A DNA stretch of 63,749 nt, the filler included, from Octopus bimaculoides (taxonomy: Eukaryota): assembly GCF_001194135.2 (NCBI RefSeq). It is 6 parts of 6 records of this genome, joined end to end, with 100 filler letters (N's around TTAATTAATTAA, not from the genome) between each part and the next. Parts side by side here need not be neighbours in the genome. Positions count along the whole stretch, not along the records: positions 52,401 to 62,648 come from NC_068991.1; positions 62,749 to 63,749 come from NW_026425375.1; 4 more parts are not named here. The stretch is one strand, 5' to 3'. The position numbers and the translations under genes were made by a program. The notes under the pieces were generated by a model that worked only from the letters and a program-made list of their open reading frames with translations, ran no database searches and had not been told where the DNA came from. Numbering within the stretch: the stretch's first letter is position 1; the number at the start of each line of letters is the position of its first letter. Below, one piece after another: positions 59,386 to 63,749 of the stretch.

Positions 59386-60649
59386 AAGATTAAGAGATTC
59401 ACTCTGATACTTTCATATCTATTAATGTTCCGCGTTCTATAAATTAGTGATTACAGTTGTTTCCTCCTATGACCGTGGGAAGCCGGAGGCACAGCGTTGT
59501 GCTCGTCAGGTTAATATAATAGCTGGAGTCATAAAGTTCTTAACTTCGAAGTTAAAAACATTTGTAAAGCAGATCGACCATTATATAACGCGATTTTGAA
59601 TATTTAAATAACGGTTGTTGAAAACAAATTACTTGAATAATATAAATGTAATTACATCAAGCACGATACCTATTTAAAAACAAAGAAACGACTTACAAAA
59701 TGTATTACATAAAACAAGCTAAAAAATAGACGCATATATTATGCAAAATTGCGTCGGTTAGAGCGGAGATATATTGCAGCAAGTCATGACTAATGCTAGT
59801 AATGTATTACAAAGCCTTAAACTTGAAAACGATGTTATCAATTATAAATAGTAAGCCTATATACCAATAAACTCACAATTAACAATCAGTTTTATTTACA
59901 AATTCGATCAAAAATGTGAAAGTTGTGAACTTCACGACTTCGACTGTTATATTAGCGTATAATGACGGTACTGTTTTTCTAGCTCACCTTTCCAATCACA
60001 GGTTTTAACTGTATTATAATGCATTACACAACAAAAACTACAATTATATGCCGTTTCGCAGGCCCCACTGGTAGGTGGGAAGGAGGAACTTATTTTCAAA
60101 CCAAAAACTTGAACCGAATGCTTGCAACAAAGTGTACTCCATTAAAGACAGACAAGAGGTGAAAGTGTTAAAACGAGTAAACAAATAAACCACGGCGGGA
60201 TTTCAAATCAAAACGCAAAATGTCGGTTCACATGCCGCTCAGCAACCAGTTCGGTGTTCATAGCCTTCCGCAAATCTAATAACCTAGAGTGGTCACAGTT
60301 TTATGCTCGAAACAATGAAAATCTAGAAGTTAGCCCGAGCAAGTGGGATGCAAAATGAAATCCTTCTCAAAAGAGCAGAACCATAAACTTTGAAAGAACG
60401 CAATACCACATGTCATACCAAATGAAAGAACGCAATACCATAAATCACATTTATTCGGACGTTCTAACGTACAGTTTCTCAGCAAGGTTCCACATGACTT
60501 TTGTGGGTACCAATTAAGATTTTGTTGTTAAAATTTATCGGCAATAAATCTTTTATACTTCTACAATACACAAATTGTTTAGCAATTTGTTTTCTTTTTA
60601 TGCCGTTCCTAATAATATTCAATTACTAAAATTATAATTCTTTTTTTAT

Positions 60650-60960
60650 TCCTTTACTTGTTTCAGTCATTTGACTGCGGCCAAGCTGGAGTAATATAAA
60701 GAGCATTAGCAAAATTCCGTTAAGTATATTGTTTCACAGCCCCACAATTCTCTCATACAAATCTTTTATCTCTTACTTGTTTCAGTCAGTAAACCGCGGC
60801 CATAATGGGGTACCACCTTGAAAAGTCTTTAGTCGAATGAATCGAACCCAGGTTTTATTTATATTTTAGGACTTGTATTTATTTTATTGGCCACTTTTGC
60901 CGAACAACGAAGTTACGGGTATGTAAACAAACCAACAAACACACACACACGTGTATATAT
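60650..60960 (-). mobile_element. two family B SINE 3' fragments (60650-60692, 60765-60960)
   Basis: TTTACTTGTTTCAGTCATTTGACTGCGGCCAAGCTGGAG, and TTACTTGTTTCAGTCAG..TTTAGTCGAATGAATCGAACCCAGG..TTTTGCCGAAC running into (AC/TA)n and a gap. Confidence 0.85.
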
Positions 60961-61747
60961 ATATATATATATNNNNNNNNNNNNNNNNNNNNNNNNNNNN
61001 NNNNNNNNNNNNNNNNNNNNNNNNNNNNNNNNNNNNNNNNNNNNNNNNNNNNNNNNNNNNNNNNNNNNNNNNNNNNNNNNNNNNNNNNNNNNNNNNNNNN
61101 NNNNNNNNNNNNNNNNNNNNNNNNNNNNNNNNNNNNNNNNNNNNNNNNNNNNNNNNNNNNNNNNNNNNNNNNNNNNNNNNNNNNNNNNNNNNNNNNNNNN
61201 NNNNNNNNNNNNNNNNNNNNNNNNNNNNNNNNNNNNNNNNNNNNNNNNNNNNNNNNNNNNNNNNNNNNNNNNNNNNNNNNNNNNNNNNNNNNNNNNNNNN
61301 NNNNNNNNNNNNNNNNNNNNNNNNNNNNNNNNNNNNNNNNNNNNNNNNNNNNNNNNNNNNNNNNNNNNNNNNNNNNNNNNNNNNNNNNNNNNNNNNNNNN
61401 NNNNNNNNNNNNNNNNNNNNNNNNNNNNNNNNNNNNNNNNNNNNNNNNNNNNNNNNNNNNNNNNNNNNNNNNNNNNNNNNNNNNNNNNNNNNNNNNNNNN
61501 NNNNNNNNNNNNNNNNNNNNNNNNNNNNNNNNNNNNNNNNNNNNNNNNNNNNNNNNNNNNNNNNNNNNNNNNNNNNNNNNNNNNNNNNNNNNNNNNNNNN
61601 NNNNNNNNNNNNNNNNNNNNNNNNNNNNNNNNNNNNNNNNNNNNNNNNNNNNNNNNNNNNNNNNNNNNNNNNNNNNNNNNNNNNNNNNNNNNNNNNNNNN
61701 NNNNNNNNNNNNNNNNNNNNNNNNNNNNNNNNNNNNNNNNNNNNNNN

Positions 61748-61785
<38 letters not shown>

Positions 61786-62517
61786 GTGTGTGAGTATATA
61801 TAGATATACATTATATATATATATATATATATATATATGGAGAGAGAGGAATATATATATGTGTGTATTTATATACATATGTAGATATATGTGAACGCAT
61901 GTGAATATACATGTATACATATATGTTTGTATGTATGTGTGTGTGTGTGTTCACACACAGACACATATATGTATATATACATACATACGCAGATACACAG
62001 ACTCACATAAATACGCACAAACACGTTTATTCTCTAGGAATCCGTTGGTGAGTGTTTCGTCATAATGCAAGCATCCATCCGTCCGTCCATCCATCCATCC
62101 ATCCATCCATCCATCCATCCATCCATCCATACATAAAAAAACACCCACATCAAAACAGAAATATGAAAGCGAATCGAAAGTGGACGACGTATGAATATAT
62201 ATAATTCCGTTTAACACATTTCAAATTATCTTTAGAAAGTTCACTTAGAGTTGTGCACTCTGGTGCTGAAGACGTGGGTGACGAGATCGAAACACATTAA
62301 AGACTCACCCTAAACTTTAGAATATTAAAAATTTTAAAGTTTGTATATCGTTGATATCTCTAACGTTTCCATGTGTTCATTTATCAAGCTATTTCGAATA
62401 GCATTAAATATGTATGCATATATGTTTTACTTAACTGCATATATGTAGGCATATATATTTCAATTAACTCAAAATGTTCCCTTTTTTTTCATTCTCTCTA
62501 TTTATTTTCTCTTAATC

Positions 62518-62553
62518 CTTTCTGCCGAGGGGCGTAGGCTGGAAACGCAAAAG
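62518..62553 (+). ncRNA. degenerate minimal type I hammerhead ribozyme of Penelope-LTR type (probably inactive)
   Basis: CTTT-CTGCCGA-G-GGGC-GTAG-GCTG-GAAA-CG-CA-AAAG: stem I CTTT/AAAG, core CUGANGA with A6>C, stem II with a GTAG loop, GAAA, and a palindromic ACGU-type stem III with U>C. Confidence 0.55.
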
Positions 62554-62809
62554 ACTTTTCCATTTTCCTGCGTCAAACTAATACACTCGCTTGTTGCTCC
62601 TACACCTGTCTACGTCTTTGTTTTTCGATAAATTTCAACTCTATATATNNNNNNNNNNNNNNNNNNNNNNNNNNNNNNNNNNNNNNNNNNNNTTAATTAA
62701 TTAANNNNNNNNNNNNNNNNNNNNNNNNNNNNNNNNNNNNNNNNNNNNAAGATCATTACCTACAAGAGAATTTAGATTTTTAAACTTCTTATAAAATAGA
62801 TCTAAATTG

Positions 62810-63035
62810 TTCACTTCTTTGCATTCAGATTACTCTTTCAAATGTAATGTTTGTTTATTCATATCGTTTTGAATTAATCACGTATTATATTTTATCTTAA
62901 AGGTGTCAATGATATGATTATTTATTTTTAAAGGGTCATTGTAGGATAAGTGTAACAGACCAAATTTATACAAATTCATAGCAAAGCTAATATCTTCCTA
63001 GTCATGCTAAATCTATAAAACATTAGAAGTGAGCT
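62810..63035. mobile_element. diverged copy of a short high-copy octopus repeat (probably a piggyBac-type MITE)
   Basis: GCATTCAGATTACTCT.TCAAATGTAATG.TT.TTTATTCA.AT.GTTTTGAATTAATCA.G.ATTAT matches a repeat I recall that starts TTAACCCTTTAGC; the termini are eroded here, so the call rests on memory only. Confidence 0.4.
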
Positions 63036-63078
63036 TGAATCTTGCTTGCGTTCTTGCTTGCTATGTTACCCTGCCAAA

Positions 63079-63183
63079 CTGAAATGTGAATATGAACGCA
63101 ATAAAACAAACCTTCTCTGAAATGTGAATATGAACGGAATAAAACAAACCTTCTCTGAAATGTGAATATGAACGGAATAAAAT
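63079..63183. repeat. 38-bp minisatellite, about 2.7 copies
   Basis: CTGAAATGTGAATATGAACG(C/G)AATAAAACAAACCTTCT at 63079, 63117 and 63155. Confidence 0.95.
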
Positions 63184-63749
63184 AAGTTGCATGTAAATCG
63201 GACAACTGGTTGTTTAGATATTGCGGGTTTTCGTGGTAAAACGTTGCATAATGAGAAAATACTCCGAAAATAGCTTAACCCTGAAAGAGAAGAAACTCTA
63301 ACCTTTCGAATAGACACAGTTACTTGACAACGAAAAAATACGAGTGTTTTTTTACAGTAAATGTTTCTAATTTCTTTAATCATTTAGAAATATTTTTAAG
63401 TGAATGTGATTTCAAAAATGTAACTTGCTTGAGCAGTAAGTATTTATATTTTAGCTTTCTTTAAATAGACAATATTTTTGTGATTTTTAAAATTATTTTC
63501 AAGTAAATACCATTTTAAAAAATGTTTGGGATATTTAAAAAATATTTTAAAGTGAAAATAACTTTTATAATACGGTAAATATTTCATAAAAGACCCGTTC
63601 GCAACCTCGGTGTAAAATAATTTTTTCCATAGGTTATTTTCGAGTGCATTCAACGTATCTCACCGCTAAAGATTTGGCTACTATTCCTAGCACGCCCTGC
63701 TAACACGTAAAGGACCCGAAATACCAGTTACGTAGTAGCAGGGCATGCA

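Noticed and set aside
59485-59509. Minus-strand CTGACGA-GCAC-AACGCT-GTGC (hammerhead core plus stem II)
   Set aside because: It is followed by CTCC rather than GAAA, with no stem III or cleavage triplet.
59540-59555. 16-bp palindrome TTAACTTCGAAGTTAA
   Set aside because: It is isolated and AT-rich, lacks nGAAnnTTCn heat-shock spacing, and has no supporting context.
60391-60440. 18-bp direct repeat TGAAAGAACGCAATACCA x2 with a 14-bp spacer
   Set aside because: There are only two copies, so it is a local slippage duplication. It is not a CRISPR array (eukaryotic context, no cas genes).
571-62217. Dozens of ORFs in the track made of YI/CV/HT/SIYL/poly-S/poly-I repeats or X runs
   Set aside because: They are translations of microsatellites and N gaps and carry no coding evidence.

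Overview
AT-rich, gap-riddled eukaryotic genomic DNA. It is almost certainly from an octopus: the tRNA-derived SINE families, the very dense (TA)n/(CA)n/(ATCT)n/(AAT)n microsatellites and the N44-TTAATTAATTAA-N44 gap placeholders fit my recollection of the Octopus bimaculoides draft assembly. This is an inference, not a database match. I recognise no intact host gene, and nearly all ORFs in the supplied track are microsatellite or N-run artefacts. The window is a transposon graveyard. It holds roughly 40 SINE copies or fragments from at least 5 families, plus degraded fragments of RTE, R4/Dong-like, L1/Tx1-like and Penelope-like retroelements. DNA-transposon relics include Tc1, hAT, Chapaev3 and Tigger types and a hAT-like MITE. 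The most interesting signals are: a degenerate Penelope-type minimal hammerhead ribozyme (62.5 kb); long fold-back hairpins (2.74 kb, 53.2 kb); closely spaced inverted SINE pairs that would form dsRNA if transcribed; an internally inverted Tc1 relic; a recurrent two-unit SINE architecture; and three perfect + strand splice donors about 10 kb apart that may mark small exons of an unrecognised long-intron transcript. I do not see a convincing new biological system. All family calls come from by-eye translation and motif recall and need confirming by search.
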